NCBI GenBank assembly: GCA_018267575.1
Contig: JAFDYF010000051.1
Span: 110,068-174,067 of the forward strand
Origin: Bacteroidota bacterium
Lineage (GTDB): Bacteria > Bacteroidota > Bacteroidia > Chitinophagales > Chitinophagaceae
Reading direction: 5' to 3'
DNA: 64,000 nucleotides
The position numbers were made by a program, and so were the translations under genes. The notes beneath the pieces are model-generated. The model was not told where the DNA came from and searched no databases. It saw nothing but the letters and a program-made list of their open reading frames with translations. Shown piece after piece: positions 1 to 10,820 of the stretch (its first letter is position 1; each line of letters starts with the position of its first letter).

Positions 1-113
1 ATGGCGATGCCAAAGGAAAGCCCACAGGGGGGAAGCGTGTTGTTCAATACAGTGTGGTGCCTGGTGGCGGTGGGTATCAGTTTAAAGTGCAAAACACAAA
101 CGATATTCAGTAA
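1..113 (+). CDS. 3' end of a gene that starts left of the window (product unknown)
   Basis: Frame 3 is open from the window edge to TAA at 111-113. The tail reads ...GKRVVQYSVVPGGGGYQFKVQNTNDIQ. It is too short to assign. Confidence 0.25.
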   Translation, partial: GDAKGKPTGGKRVVQYSVVPGGGGYQFKVQNTNDIQ

Positions 114-281
114 ACTTTCTTCATTATCTTTTTTGTTCTGTAAGTTTATCTCCAATCAAGGTAGCGTTTAAAAGCTGTTATTGGTAATGTTGGTTTTCTT
201 ATTTATCATCAATGATATCGCTTTATCAGTCTTCTTCTGCATAATATCCATACTTCCATAGGTCTTAAGGTGCTGGTTACC

Positions 282-1082
282 TCAAAACTTCACAATTGCT
301 TGCTTGGTTTGTGTGGTATGCGCACTGAAATAGCCCAGTGCCCCGCCACTGATATTGCTGTCTGGGTTGGCTGGCGTAGCCTGATTGAAAGGGTTGCCGT
401 CTACTAACTGTTGTAATTCGTTCAGGTATTGGAAGGTATTCTTATCAATACAATACATGCTCAAGGAAACGGCATCCCCAGATTTCATATAGGAACTATC
501 GGTGAACAAGGGTAGAATGATATATTTCCCATCTGAAAAACGGTCGTCGAAAATAAGGGTCTTATCAAGAGGCTTACTATTGATGGTTTCGGTAAATTGA
601 TAATAATTGGAGATGCCCGGGGTGTCTTGGAAATAGGCCACCGCTTCAACCACATTTTTGTTGCGCCCCCTTGAATCTTGTTGAAACCCGATTGAATCCA
701 GCATGATTTGTTGGGGCATTGTTGATACAGCTTTATAGTCAACCCCCGACAGGGAAACAATCATCGTATAAGTATTGCCCGGTTGCCCCTGCCAAAAGCT
801 ATGGGTACTATAATTTCCTTGAGTTGTTTCTGTAAGTGTATCTACCATCCCTTTATCATCGCTAATGATTACTGTGGCACCGGATACGGGTGGGTAATTA
901 TTTGACTGCGAAAAATTGACCGTGGTACTGATAGTTACATTGTAAGGCCCCGCAGCATTGGTTACTTTACCAAGAATGACGATTTTGGGTGACACCCCGT
1001 TCAAGTTTACCGAAATGACTTTTTTGCAAGAGACAAGGGCAGTCACTATTAAAATGAAAAAGACGATTCTGTTTTTTTTCAT
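282..1082 (-). CDS. DUF4249-like lipoprotein, partner of the upstream TonB-dependent receptor
   Basis: Lipoprotein signal MKKNRIVFFILIVTALVSC. It starts 2 bp after the receptor stop on the same strand, and this receptor/DUF4249 pairing is common in Bacteroidota. Confidence 0.6.
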   Translation of the reverse strand: MKKNRIVFFILIVTALVSCKKVISVNLNGVSPKIVILGKVTNAAGPYNVTISTTVNFSQSNNYPPVSGATVIISDDKGMVDTLTETTQGNYSTHSFWQGQPGNTYTMIVSLSGVDYKAVSTMPQQIMLDSIGFQQDSRGRNKNVVEAVAYFQDTPGISNYYQFTETINSKPLDKTLIFDDRFSDGKYIILPLFTDSSYMKSGDAVSLSMYCIDKNTFQYLNELQQLVDGNPFNQATPANPDSNISGGALGYFSAHTTQTKQAIVKF

Positions 1083-1084
1083 GG

Positions 1085-3418
1085 TTAAAATTTGAAGTTG
1101 TAGGTAATCGAGGGTACGATTTTGAAAAGGGAATATTGCACGGCTTGTGTCTGCGAAGGGTTGTTCGGGTCGTTCTGAAAAATAATCGCATAGGCATTGG
1201 CGTGGTTATATGCATTATAAACCGAAAAGGTCCAACTGCTTTCCCATTTCTTGGTTTGTTTGGCGATGAGGGTAGCTCCTAAGTCGAGCCGATGATAGGC
1301 TGGCATTCGGTAGCCATTTCTCTGTGTGTAATAAAAAACAGTTTGCCCATTCACATCATATTTCCCATTGGGGAAAGTAACGGCTGCTCCGGTATTGTAT
1401 ACCCAGGTGGCAGATAGGGTCCATTTTTTGCTTGCTTTAAAGATCCCCACAATCGACACATCATGAGTAATATCCTGTTTCGCAGGATACCATGACCCAT
1501 TATTGATCCCATCTATTTTGATTTCGGTTCTTGAAAGGGTATAGCCTACCCAGCCAGTGAGTTTGCCTTCCTTCTTTTTGAAAAAAACCTCCCAACCATA
1601 GGCTCGCCCTTTACCATAAAGCAATTGTGATTCCACATTTACATTGGCTACCAATTGGGCGCCGTTCTTATAATCGATCTGGTTTTGCATGCTCTTATAA
1701 TAAAGCTCGCTGGAAAACTCATATTTGTTATTGGCGAAATTCCTGAAATATCCAATGGCTTCCTGGTCAGCAATCTCGGGTTTGATATTATTACTACTGG
1801 GCGCCCAAAGATCCGTGGGGTTTCCGGCAGTAGAGTTGGAAAGCAGGTGCAGGTTCTGCACATTGCGTGTATAGGAAAATTTGAAGGAGCTATTATCATC
1901 GATCATCCAACTGGCCGAAAAGCGCGGCTCGGGATTGATATAGTTTTTGACAACTTTCCCCGATCCATAAGTCGCGGTGTCCAAAGTATTGCCATTGCTA
2001 TCATAAGTATAGAAATTGCCTGGGCCAAATACCGAGAATACAGACAGCCTTAAGCCATATACCAAATGGAACCTTTCTGAAGGCGACCACTCATGCGAAA
2101 TATAAGCAGCACTTTCCAGATCATATTTTTTTGGAAGGTTCAATGAGTTATAGCTGGATGTTTGGGAGGCATTGATCACACCGGGAGAAAAAGTATGATG
2201 TATCAGATCCACTCCAAATTTAACCACGTTGGCGGGGTTGATATAATATTGAAGGTCTTCTTTCAATGAATAATCGCGGATCTGCGAAACGATATTGATA
2301 TTGTTATTGTTCGCACTGATATTGATAACATAATTGTAATTACTATAGATAAAAGAAGTGTTGGAGAAAAGTTTGCTATTGAACACGTGATTCCATCGGG
2401 CTGTAGCCGTGGAATTGCCCCATTTGATCCCGAAAGTATTGGCAAATGAAAGTACATCCCTACCAAAATAACCCGACAAGTAAACCCTATCCTTTTTCCC
2501 CAACTTATAATTTGCTTTTAGGTTTAGATCATAAAAATAGAGACTGTTTTTATTGACGGAACTATCTTTAGAAAGCTTTAAAAAAAGGTCGGCGTAAGTG
2601 CGCCTTGCACTTACGGTAAAGGAACCTTGGTCTTTTACAATCGGTCCTTCCAGGTTCAATCTGGAAGAAATAAGACCAATACCCCCACTTCCTGCGAAAT
2701 GTTGGTTATTGCCATCATTCATTTTAATATCAACTACAGAAGAAAGACGACCTCCATATTCGGCGGGCATGCCTCCCTTATAAACGGTCACATCCTTGAT
2801 CGCATCGGAATTGAATGTAGAAAAAAAGCCAAGCAGGTGGCTAGGATTATACACCACCGCCTCGTCCAGAAGCATCAGGTTTTGGTCGGCAGCACCACCA
2901 CGCACAAAAAAACCGCTATTGCCATCACCAGCCGATTTGATACCAGGCAACAATTGCAGTGTTTTCAGAATATCCTTTTCCCCAAAAAGCACGGGCACAT
3001 TGTTTATTTCCTGCATCGTCAATTTTTGTACACCCATCAATGCTCCGGTTACATTTAGGTTCCTTTTCTGTGCGCTCACAATAACTTGCTGCAAGGTGGT
3101 ACTCTGTGGTGCCAGTTTCACCAACTGCTCGATATCTCTATTCAGGTTTATTTTGATAGTGTCTGGCTGATAGCCTGCAAAACTGAAGACCAAACTGTAT
3201 TCAGCATCTGGGGCAGTGAGGGAAAAAAAACCATAGGAATTGCTGGTGCCCGCAATAGTTGGTTTTTCCAATAAAAGGGCGGTCGCTCCAATCAACACTT
3301 CGCCAGAAGATTTGTCGCGGATGGTGCCGCTGATGGTATGTTTTGTTTGTGAAAAGCCATTCAAACCGATCCCGGTAATCAATAAGAATAAGGCTGTTTT
3401 GGTTATCTGCATGTGCAA
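1085..3418 (-). CDS. TonB-dependent receptor with N-terminal CarboxypepD_reg domain
   Basis: Signal peptide. Carboxypeptidase-regulatory-like segment TISGTIRDKSSGEVLIGATALLLE. Plug motifs GEKDILKTLQLLPGI and FFVRGGAADQNLMLLDEAVVYN. Long beta-barrel ending in the aromatic ...ITYNFKF. Confidence 0.9.
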   Translation of the reverse strand: MHMQITKTALFLLITGIGLNGFSQTKHTISGTIRDKSSGEVLIGATALLLEKPTIAGTSNSYGFFSLTAPDAEYSLVFSFAGYQPDTIKINLNRDIEQLVKLAPQSTTLQQVIVSAQKRNLNVTGALMGVQKLTMQEINNVPVLFGEKDILKTLQLLPGIKSAGDGNSGFFVRGGAADQNLMLLDEAVVYNPSHLLGFFSTFNSDAIKDVTVYKGGMPAEYGGRLSSVVDIKMNDGNNQHFAGSGGIGLISSRLNLEGPIVKDQGSFTVSARRTYADLFLKLSKDSSVNKNSLYFYDLNLKANYKLGKKDRVYLSGYFGRDVLSFANTFGIKWGNSTATARWNHVFNSKLFSNTSFIYSNYNYVINISANNNNINIVSQIRDYSLKEDLQYYINPANVVKFGVDLIHHTFSPGVINASQTSSYNSLNLPKKYDLESAAYISHEWSPSERFHLVYGLRLSVFSVFGPGNFYTYDSNGNTLDTATYGSGKVVKNYINPEPRFSASWMIDDNSSFKFSYTRNVQNLHLLSNSTAGNPTDLWAPSSNNIKPEIADQEAIGYFRNFANNKYEFSSELYYKSMQNQIDYKNGAQLVANVNVESQLLYGKGRAYGWEVFFKKKEGKLTGWVGYTLSRTEIKIDGINNGSWYPAKQDITHDVSIVGIFKASKKWTLSATWVYNTGAAVTFPNGKYDVNGQTVFYYTQRNGYRMPAYHRLDLGATLIAKQTKKWESSWTFSVYNAYNHANAYAIIFQNDPNNPSQTQAVQYSLFKIVPSITYNFKF

Positions 3419-3801
3419 TGCTTTATTTTAGATGGTATTCAATTCAGTACGTATTCAAACCGCAATGGTAGATGGATTTTTGTTAGGATTTTGTTATTGT
3501 ATAAAGATTTTATTTAATAGTAATAATATGCTTAAATATAAATGGTCAACGTGTAAGTATAACCTAAATAATTGTTCCTGTTTTAGGCTGTTTTTAAAGC
3601 CCGCAATTTATTATAGGCATTCTATTTTTCAATACCCTTTATTATAGGCGGTTAAATGTGAAGGAAAAAAATAAGTGATGCGGTCATCATTTGCTTGATT
3701 GCTTGGGCTAAATTTGTGACCGTCCTCGATTTATCTATCATTGTTTAAAATTGGCATGGATGAATGATACTAACCCATCGTACAAAAACATTAGTCATCG
3801 T

Positions 3802-4965
3802 ATGGTACAAACCATGCGATGGTATGGACCTCATGATCCCGTAAGTCTTGCTGATATCAGGCAGGCGGGCTGTACCGGCATTGTAACCGCGCTGCACCAT
3901 ATTCCCAACGGTGAAGTTTGGGAAATGCATGAAATAAAAAAGCGCAAGGAACTGATTGAGTCGATGCGCCTCGAATGGTCTGTGGTGGAAAGCATACCCG
4001 TTCATGAAGCCATCAAAACGCAGGCTAGCCTTTTTGAAAAGTACATCGAAAATTATAAGCAATCCATAATAAACCTCAGTGCTTGTGGCATCAAAACCGT
4101 TACTTATAATTTTATGCCCGTTTTGGACTGGACCCGCACTGATTTAAGTTATCCAATGCCCGATGGGAGCAAGGCGCTGCGTTTTGAAAAAGCGGCTCTT
4201 ATTGCTTTTGATGTGTTCATGTTGAAAAGAAAAAATGCAGTCAATGAATATACCAAAGAGGAGTTGGCCCTTGGCGAACAGCGTTTTTTAGGTATGAGGG
4301 ATGAAGAAAGAAAAATACTGCAAAAAAATATCATTGCAGGTTTGCCGGGCAGTGAAGCTAGTTTCAGCATCGCACAATTTCAGGAGGCATTAGATCAATA
4401 TGAAGGCATCGATGCAAGCCAATTGAGGGCTAACCTAATTTATTTTCAAAAACAGATTGTACCTGTTGCAGATGAATATGGGGTGAAAATGGCCATTCAT
4501 CCTGATGATCCTCCTTATCCCATTTTTGGGTTGCCTCGGGTGGTGAGTACTGCTTCGGATATTCAGACCTTGGTTGATGCAGTTCCTTCCTTGAACAATG
4601 GGCTTTGTTTCTGTACAGGTTCGTATGGGGTGAGGCTTGATAATGACCTGCCCAAGATGGTGGAGCAATTTGCGGATAGAATCCATTTCCTACATTTGCG
4701 CAGCACGAAAAGAAACCAGTGGGGTGATTTTTATGAGGACAATCATTTGGAAGGTGATGTGGATATGTATGCAGTGATAAAAGAGATTACGAAATACATG
4801 GTCAATAACAAGGTGTCTATACCTGTTAGACCCGACCATGGCCACCAAATGTTGGATGATTTAAGTAAAAAAACAAACCCCGGTTATTCAGCTATTGGCC
4901 GGCTGCGTGGGCTTGCTGAGATTAGGGGCTTGGAATTGGGCATTTTAAGGAGTATGTACGAATAA
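3802..4965 (+). CDS. uxuA: mannonate dehydratase
   Basis: [40 protein letters not shown] is nearly collinear with the E. coli UxuA N-terminus. The ORF is open from 3751, but the ATG at 3802 matches the family start. Confidence 0.93.
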   Translation: MVQTMRWYGPHDPVSLADIRQAGCTGIVTALHHIPNGEVWEMHEIKKRKELIESMRLEWSVVESIPVHEAIKTQASLFEKYIENYKQSIINLSACGIKTVTYNFMPVLDWTRTDLSYPMPDGSKALRFEKAALIAFDVFMLKRKNAVNEYTKEELALGEQRFLGMRDEERKILQKNIIAGLPGSEASFSIAQFQEALDQYEGIDASQLRANLIYFQKQIVPVADEYGVKMAIHPDDPPYPIFGLPRVVSTASDIQTLVDAVPSLNNGLCFCTGSYGVRLDNDLPKMVEQFADRIHFLHLRSTKRNQWGDFYEDNHLEGDVDMYAVIKEITKYMVNNKVSIPVRPDHGHQMLDDLSKKTNPGYSAIGRLRGLAEIRGLELGILRSMYE

Positions 4966-4981
4966 GATCAGAAACCAAATC

Positions 4982-6403
4982 ATGAAGATGACCGATTATC
5001 AGAACCATTTTTTATCAGCGGATTTTTTGCTTTTCTCCCAAACAGCAAAAAAACTGTATCACGACCATGTGGTCGATTTGCCCATTATCGATTATCACAA
5101 TCATTTGCCACCCGCTGAAATTGCCGATAATAAAAAGTTCTCCAACCTTACAGAGATATGGTTGAAAGGGGATCATTACAAATGGAGGGCCATGCGTACT
5201 TTGGGCATCGATGAAAAATGGATAACTGGCAATGGGAGCGATAAAGAGAAATTTAAAACATGGGCTCGTTGCGTTCCAAAAACTTTGCGCAATCCATTAT
5301 TCCATTGGACGCATATGGAACTCAAGAACCCTTTCGGCATCAACCAATACTTGAATGAGGATACGGCCGAAGCCATCTATTCACATTGTAACGAACAGTT
5401 GCGGCATGACTCTTTTTCAACAAAGGGACTTCTGCAACATTTCAAAGTGGAAATGGTCTGCACCACCGATGACCCTATTGATGATTTGCGCCATCATAAA
5501 AAACTGGTCGCAGGTTCTTTTGGGGTAAAGATCCTGCCAGGCTTTAGACCAGACAAGGCATTGAATATTGCCCATAAAGAAAGGTTTCTTGCTTATATAC
5601 AAAGCTTGTCCCATGTTACTTCCGTTTCCATAACCGGAATGGATAGTTTGCTAGAGGCTTTGCATAATCGGATCGATTATTTTGAGGAAGCGGGTTGCAC
5701 GATTGCGGATCATGGCTTGGTATCCTTGCCAGCCAATTTTGCATTTACCAAAGAATTGGAAAAAGAACTGGAATGGTTTTTAAAGAGCGGTAATGATAAA
5801 CCTTTTTCACAACCGGAGGCATTCTCTGGTTTCCTGTTAAAAGAACTTTGCAAAATATATCATCAAAAAAAATGGGTTCAGCAATTCCATCTTGGGGCAT
5901 TAAGAAACAACAATACCAGAATGTTTGGATTGTTGGGCCCAGATACGGGTTTTGATTCCATTGGTGATTATACACAAGCCGAACGACTCTCTGTTTTCCT
6001 GAACGAACTGGATAAGACCAATGAATTGGGCAAAACGGTGATCTATAACCTAAACCCAGCCGATAATGAAGTGTTTGCTTCCATGGTTGGAAATTTTAAC
6101 GATGGCTCTATAAAAGGAAAGATTCAATTTGGTTCGGGCTGGTGGTTTTTGGATCAGAAAGATGGGATGGAAAAACAATTGAATGCATTATCCAATATGG
6201 GTCTTATCAGTACATTTATCGGTATGCTGACTGATAGCCGTTCCTTTCTTTCTTTTCCACGTCATGAATATTTCAGGCGGATCCTTTGCAATATTTTTGG
6301 GGAGGAGATGGAGAACGGCATATTGCCCAATGATGAAAAATGGATAGCAGGTATCATCAAGGGTATTTGCTATGATAATGCCAAAGAATATTTTAATCTA
6401 TAG
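4982..6403 (+). CDS. uxaC: glucuronate isomerase
   Basis: DFLLFSQTAKKLYHDHVVDLPIIDYHNHLPP...WLKGDHYKWRAMR is the UxaC signature. It follows uxuA. Confidence 0.93.
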   Translation: MKMTDYQNHFLSADFLLFSQTAKKLYHDHVVDLPIIDYHNHLPPAEIADNKKFSNLTEIWLKGDHYKWRAMRTLGIDEKWITGNGSDKEKFKTWARCVPKTLRNPLFHWTHMELKNPFGINQYLNEDTAEAIYSHCNEQLRHDSFSTKGLLQHFKVEMVCTTDDPIDDLRHHKKLVAGSFGVKILPGFRPDKALNIAHKERFLAYIQSLSHVTSVSITGMDSLLEALHNRIDYFEEAGCTIADHGLVSLPANFAFTKELEKELEWFLKSGNDKPFSQPEAFSGFLLKELCKIYHQKKWVQQFHLGALRNNNTRMFGLLGPDTGFDSIGDYTQAERLSVFLNELDKTNELGKTVIYNLNPADNEVFASMVGNFNDGSIKGKIQFGSGWWFLDQKDGMEKQLNALSNMGLISTFIGMLTDSRSFLSFPRHEYFRRILCNIFGEEMENGILPNDEKWIAGIIKGICYDNAKEYFNL

Positions 6404-7414
6404 ATGATGGCAGGAAAAATATGCAGTTTTGGTGAGATATTATTAAGGTATGCCCCAGATATAAACAGTGATTGGCTAAAGAACCAATCGATGAATTGTT
6501 ATATTGGTGGGGCGGAGTTGAATGTGGCATCGGCATTGGCAAAATGGGGTTTGCCTGTTAAATATATAACAGCCGTTCCTGAAAACTATTTGGGGCATGC
6601 GTTGGTAGATTTTGTGGAGGGAAAAAATATTCAGCAGTCAGATATTGTTTTTTCGGGAAGCCGGGTAGGGGCTTATTATTTACCTGTAGGTCTTGAGCTC
6701 AAGCATGCTGGCGTGATATATGACAGGGCACATTCGGCATTTTCGGAGCTACAGCCGGGTCAATTGGACTGGGAAAAAATATTGGCGGATTGTAGTTGGT
6801 TACATTTTAGCGCATTGAGTCCGGCACTCAATGAAAATGTAGCGGCGGTTTGCAAAGAAGCGCTTGAAGTGTCCTCCGCAAAGGGTCTGACCATTTCCGT
6901 GGATCTGAACTATCGTTCCAAATTATGGCAATACACAAGCGACCCAACTCCAATAATGAATGGACTTGTAAAATATTGCGATGTGATTATGGGAAATATT
7001 TGGGCGGTCGAATCTTTGTTAGGCATTCCTTCCCCAGTTAAAAACAGTGAAGGAAAAGCAAAAGCACAATTGACAAATGCCGCTGCAGAAAGCATGCATC
7101 AGTTGCGTCAACGGTATCCCAAGTCAAAGGTTTTCGCCTATACCTATCGGTTGGAACAACAGTATTGGGCACTCTTACAAAAAGAAAACCAACTGGTGTC
7201 ATCAGGCCAGTATGCATTGGAAAATTTGGTCGATAAGGTAGGTAGCGGCGACTGTTTTATGGCCGGTCTTATCTATGGGCTTTATCATCAATTGCCATCT
7301 CAGTATATTATCGATTATGCCGCTACCGCAGCGGTGGGCAAACTGCAGGAGGCGGGGGACAGTACCAGCCAAACTGTTGGGATGATCGAACAAAGGATGG
7401 TAATAAGACATTGA
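6404..7414 (+). CDS. kdgK: PfkB-family sugar kinase, probably 2-dehydro-3-deoxygluconokinase
   Basis: PfkB motifs GGAELNVASALAKWG and VGSGDCFMAGLIYG. Its ATG directly abuts the uxaC TAG (tagatg), and it sits in a hexuronate context. Confidence 0.75.
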   Translation: MMAGKICSFGEILLRYAPDINSDWLKNQSMNCYIGGAELNVASALAKWGLPVKYITAVPENYLGHALVDFVEGKNIQQSDIVFSGSRVGAYYLPVGLELKHAGVIYDRAHSAFSELQPGQLDWEKILADCSWLHFSALSPALNENVAAVCKEALEVSSAKGLTISVDLNYRSKLWQYTSDPTPIMNGLVKYCDVIMGNIWAVESLLGIPSPVKNSEGKAKAQLTNAAAESMHQLRQRYPKSKVFAYTYRLEQQYWALLQKENQLVSSGQYALENLVDKVGSGDCFMAGLIYGLYHQLPSQYIIDYAATAAVGKLQEAGDSTSQTVGMIEQRMVIRH

Positions 7415-7664
7415 ATCTTTTTATCAATAGTTTCACTGGGATTTCAATAACCTATAACCTTGATTAGTAAAGACCTTTTATCCCCAATATTTAGCTTCTG
7501 CTTATTTATTTCTGGCATCTTCTTTTATTTTAAAAATATTCCCAAAATAGGAATACAGTCGTCAATTGGGATTTTTTCCTATGAATATATTTCTGTAATA
7601 TATTAATAATAAGATAGTTAATTTTTGGCAAGGTTTTCCACTACTGTAGTTACAAATTTACCTT

Positions 7665-9560
7665 ATGAAACGGACTATTGTTGCTTATGTACTCTTCATT
7701 CTCTTATTACCTATTTTAGGTAAATCACAAACGGTGATTAATACCTACGCAAGGGTTACCGCCATCAGTGGCAATACCTTGACCATTTCAAATGCCACAG
7801 GCAGTTTTTCAGCCGGCAAAGCCATTATCATGCAAATGAAAGATAGCGTGATACAGACCAGCATATTAAATAACAGCAGTTTTGGTAATATAGATAATAT
7901 TGGTAAGGCTGGTATTTCTGAAGTGGTTACAATCAGCTCGGTTAGCGGCACTACCATAACATTGAGCGCATCTCCCGCGAATACTTATAATTTATCAGTA
8001 AATGCGAGGGTACAATTGATATCCTATCCAACATTGGGAGCAGGGCTAGCTGTATATACTTTAAATAATAACCTGACCGCCACTGCGTGGGATGGAAATG
8101 TGGGTGGGGTATTGGCATTTAATGTTAATGGTACACTGGTTTTAAATGGCAACCTGATCGTAGATGGTTTGGGTTATAAAGGTGGGTCTGTGGGTGTTAA
8201 TGCTCCTGGTGATTTTTCCTGCGATCCAAATACCTATAAGGATACCGCAAATGGTGTTTCCACCACTTATTATGGCTTTAAAGGTGAAGGGATTTATGTT
8301 TCTACCAACAAATACACTGTTGCAAAAGGTAAGTTGGCAAATGGGGGCGGTGGCGGTAATTATGATAACGCTGGCGGTGGTGGTGGAGGAAACTTTACTG
8401 CTGGAGGATCAGGCGGCTACGGTTGGTCTTGTACATCAACTACCAATGGCGGTGGCCTTGGTGGGGCAGATTTGAGTAGCTATACGACTGCTTCCCGATT
8501 TTTTATGGGCGGTGGCGGTGGCGGTGGCCAGCAAAATAACAATGTAGGTACTGCTGGTGCAAATGGGGGTGGCATAATAATGATCAAAGCAAGTGCGATA
8601 CAAACGAATAGCGGTTGTACTGGTGGTGCAATCAATATATCTGCCCAGGGAAGCAATGCAGCCAATTCTGGCAACGATGGGTCAGGTGGTGGTGGTGCAG
8701 GTGGTTCGGTTCTGATACAAGCTACAAGCTATACGGTCAACAATGCTTGCCCAATCAATATATTGACCAGTGGTGGTAATGGTGGAACAGTTCAAAACTC
8801 AGGATCACATGGTGGTGGTGGTGGTGGTGGCCGTGGTGCTGTTATTTTTTCACCGCAATCCACAACCCCTGCCAATATCACTCTGCTGAGTGCTGGTGGT
8901 ACAGGTGGAGGAAACTCAACTTCCTCAGGAACACTTACTGGTGGCAACGGTAGCACTACTTCTATATCTGGTGGTTCAGGTGTGATTTATTCAACGGGTT
9001 CCACTTTGCCAGTTACCTTACTCAGTTTCACAGCAAGCTATAACAACACATCTGCTAGTCTAAATTGGAGCTCAGGGGCAGAGGTTGCTTTTTCTCATTA
9101 TGAAGTAGAACGCTCAATCAATAGCCCAAGCAATTTTACCACATTGGGCAGCGTAGCCTCTAAAGGAAGTGATTCAGAATATGGGTTTACGGATGATCTT
9201 AGCTTTATATCGGGTGCTGCAGTTGTTTATTATCGATTAAAGATTGTGAATATTGATGGCATCCCACAATATTCCGATATACGTATATTAAGGGTCGGTA
9301 CTAACTCACTTTCGGCAAAAGCATATCCTGTACCTACTCATTCGGTTGTCAATATTAGTTTGAATGTGCCAGCCAATCTAAACAGTCTGCAAGTATCCAT
9401 CAGAGATATGCAGGGAAGGATGGTGAAAAACTTGGGAACAGTAAGTGTAAGTGCTGGTAGTCCGTTATCCATTTCCTTGGAAGGGTTGGCTGCAGGGCAA
9501 TATATCGTGGAACTCGGCAATGCGGAGTACAATGACCGTGCTATCATCATCAAACTATAA
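7665..9560 (+). CDS. secreted poly-glycine repeat protein with T9SS type-A C-terminal sorting domain
   Basis: Signal peptide MKRTIVAYVLFILLLPILGKSQ. Runs of 5-8 Gly alternate with short hydrophobic strands. The C-terminus ...AYPVPTHSVVNISL...AAGQYIVELGN...IIIKL resembles a Por_Secre_tail. Confidence 0.8.
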   Translation: MKRTIVAYVLFILLLPILGKSQTVINTYARVTAISGNTLTISNATGSFSAGKAIIMQMKDSVIQTSILNNSSFGNIDNIGKAGISEVVTISSVSGTTITLSASPANTYNLSVNARVQLISYPTLGAGLAVYTLNNNLTATAWDGNVGGVLAFNVNGTLVLNGNLIVDGLGYKGGSVGVNAPGDFSCDPNTYKDTANGVSTTYYGFKGEGIYVSTNKYTVAKGKLANGGGGGNYDNAGGGGGGNFTAGGSGGYGWSCTSTTNGGGLGGADLSSYTTASRFFMGGGGGGGQQNNNVGTAGANGGGIIMIKASAIQTNSGCTGGAINISAQGSNAANSGNDGSGGGGAGGSVLIQATSYTVNNACPINILTSGGNGGTVQNSGSHGGGGGGGRGAVIFSPQSTTPANITLLSAGGTGGGNSTSSGTLTGGNGSTTSISGGSGVIYSTGSTLPVTLLSFTASYNNTSASLNWSSGAEVAFSHYEVERSINSPSNFTTLGSVASKGSDSEYGFTDDLSFISGAAVVYYRLKIVNIDGIPQYSDIRILRVGTNSLSAKAYPVPTHSVVNISLNVPANLNSLQVSIRDMQGRMVKNLGTVSVSAGSPLSISLEGLAAGQYIVELGNAEYNDRAIIIKL

Positions 9561-9578
9561 TTGAATTCTCTTTTAATA

Positions 9579-9609
9579 AAAATGCCGATCTACAATAGAT
9601 CGGCATTTT
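9579..9609. terminator. bidirectional intrinsic terminator between convergent genes
   Basis: Perfect 13-bp stem aaaatgccgatct / agatcggcatttt with loop acaat, flanked by an A-run and a T-run. Confidence 0.85.
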
Positions 9610-9626
9610 GTGTTCAGCTATTTTTT

Positions 9627-10349
9627 TTATCGGATCAGCTTGTCGCTCACCCTTTGCATGAAGGCCTCTTTGAAATTGGGGCTTAATGGGATGGGGGTCG
9701 CATAATTGGAAAGTTTCAGCTCGCTGTTGGCCACCGTTACAATTTTTTTGATGGATACGATATAGGATTTGTGAACCCGAATAAAACTGCTTTTGGGCAA
9801 AAGCTCTTCCAGTTCCCTTAATGTAAAATGGGAGATGATTACTTTGTTGGCGATATGGAAAGCCACATAATTATTTTTCCCCTCGATATAGTCAATATCC
9901 ACCAAGTCCACTTTGATCATCTTTCCTTTATATTCCGTCTTGATAAAGATGTAGTCGTTGATAATCTCTTTTTCTACAGGAGGGAAAACGGCGTCTTTTG
10001 TTTTAAAGGTCGCTCTTTGGATGGCTCTTTCAAAACGGTCGAAGGAAATGGGCTTCATCAGGTAATCCACCACATCGAGGTCAAAACTGGCCACCGCAAA
10101 TTCCGAATAGGCAGTGCAAAGAATCACTTTAATGTTTTTGTCCAAATGCTTGATTACTTCAATACCGTTCATTTCGTCCATATGAATATCAAGAAAAACT
10201 AGATCGACTTTATTTTTCTTGATTGTTTCAATGGCCTGCAATGGGTTGGTTGAAGAACCTACCAAATGCAGAATGGGGATTTGCTTTATGTAATTCTGAA
10301 TCACATCAATGGCTGGCTGCTCGTCATCAATAATAAAACAATTTGTCAT
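9627..10349 (-). CDS. LytTR-family two-component response regulator (REC + LytTR DNA-binding domain)
   Basis: REC features IIDDEQPAI...DLVFLDIHMDEMNGIEV. The C-terminal LytTR pattern includes ...IRVHKSYIVSIKKI. No histidine kinase gene is adjacent. Confidence 0.88.
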   Translation of the reverse strand: MTNCFIIDDEQPAIDVIQNYIKQIPILHLVGSSTNPLQAIETIKKNKVDLVFLDIHMDEMNGIEVIKHLDKNIKVILCTAYSEFAVASFDLDVVDYLMKPISFDRFERAIQRATFKTKDAVFPPVEKEIINDYIFIKTEYKGKMIKVDLVDIDYIEGKNNYVAFHIANKVIISHFTLRELEELLPKSSFIRVHKSYIVSIKKIVTVANSELKLSNYATPIPLSPNFKEAFMQRVSDKLIR

Positions 10350-10403
10350 CGTTGGTTTTTATGCTGATTTTAAATGAAAAAAAATCTAGTGTTTCAAATT
10401 TAT

Positions 10404-10411
10404 CAAATGAA
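10404..10411 (-). promoter_or_regulatory. candidate Bacteroidota -7 promoter box (TAAATTTG on the minus strand) for the LytTR regulator
   Basis: Matches the TAnnTTTG consensus about 55 nt upstream of the ATG at 10349. Confidence 0.3.
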
Positions 10412-10820
10412 TTCGCTGCAAAATAATATGCTTTGGTAAAAACTGGGCACATATTCTACAAAAAAAACAGATAATTAATGATTATGTAGCTTTTCCGATT
10501 ATAAGGATTTTCAGAAGGAGATGGATTGGAAAAAGATTTTAATAAGGGCAAATAAAACAATCAGTATTGACTAATCAAGATCTAATTTACTGCTTTGTTT
10601 TGCCGCTGCCAAATACAATATGATCCATTTTATGGATGGTAACAGGTGTAACTTAATAATTCAAACAGAATGCTGCGAAACGGTAGCTCCTGGATAGTCT
10701 CAATTAAAATCCATTGATTTAGCAATTCGATAACAAGGATTGTTTAGTAAGTTTGATTCAGTGCCAGTCAAAAATTGACTTCAAAAAAAATGTCACGATA
10801 ATTGTAAGACCAAATTTTTG

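Noticed and set aside
1072-1079. T8/A8 homopolymer at the 5' end of the DUF4249-like gene as a slipped-strand switch
   Set aside because: It simply encodes the MKKN start of a signal peptide, a very common feature in Bacteroidota. There is no evidence of variability.
8811-8828. (GGT)6 microsatellite as a phase-variation switch
   Set aside because: It is a trinucleotide repeat in frame, so slippage would change Gly number, not switch the gene on or off.
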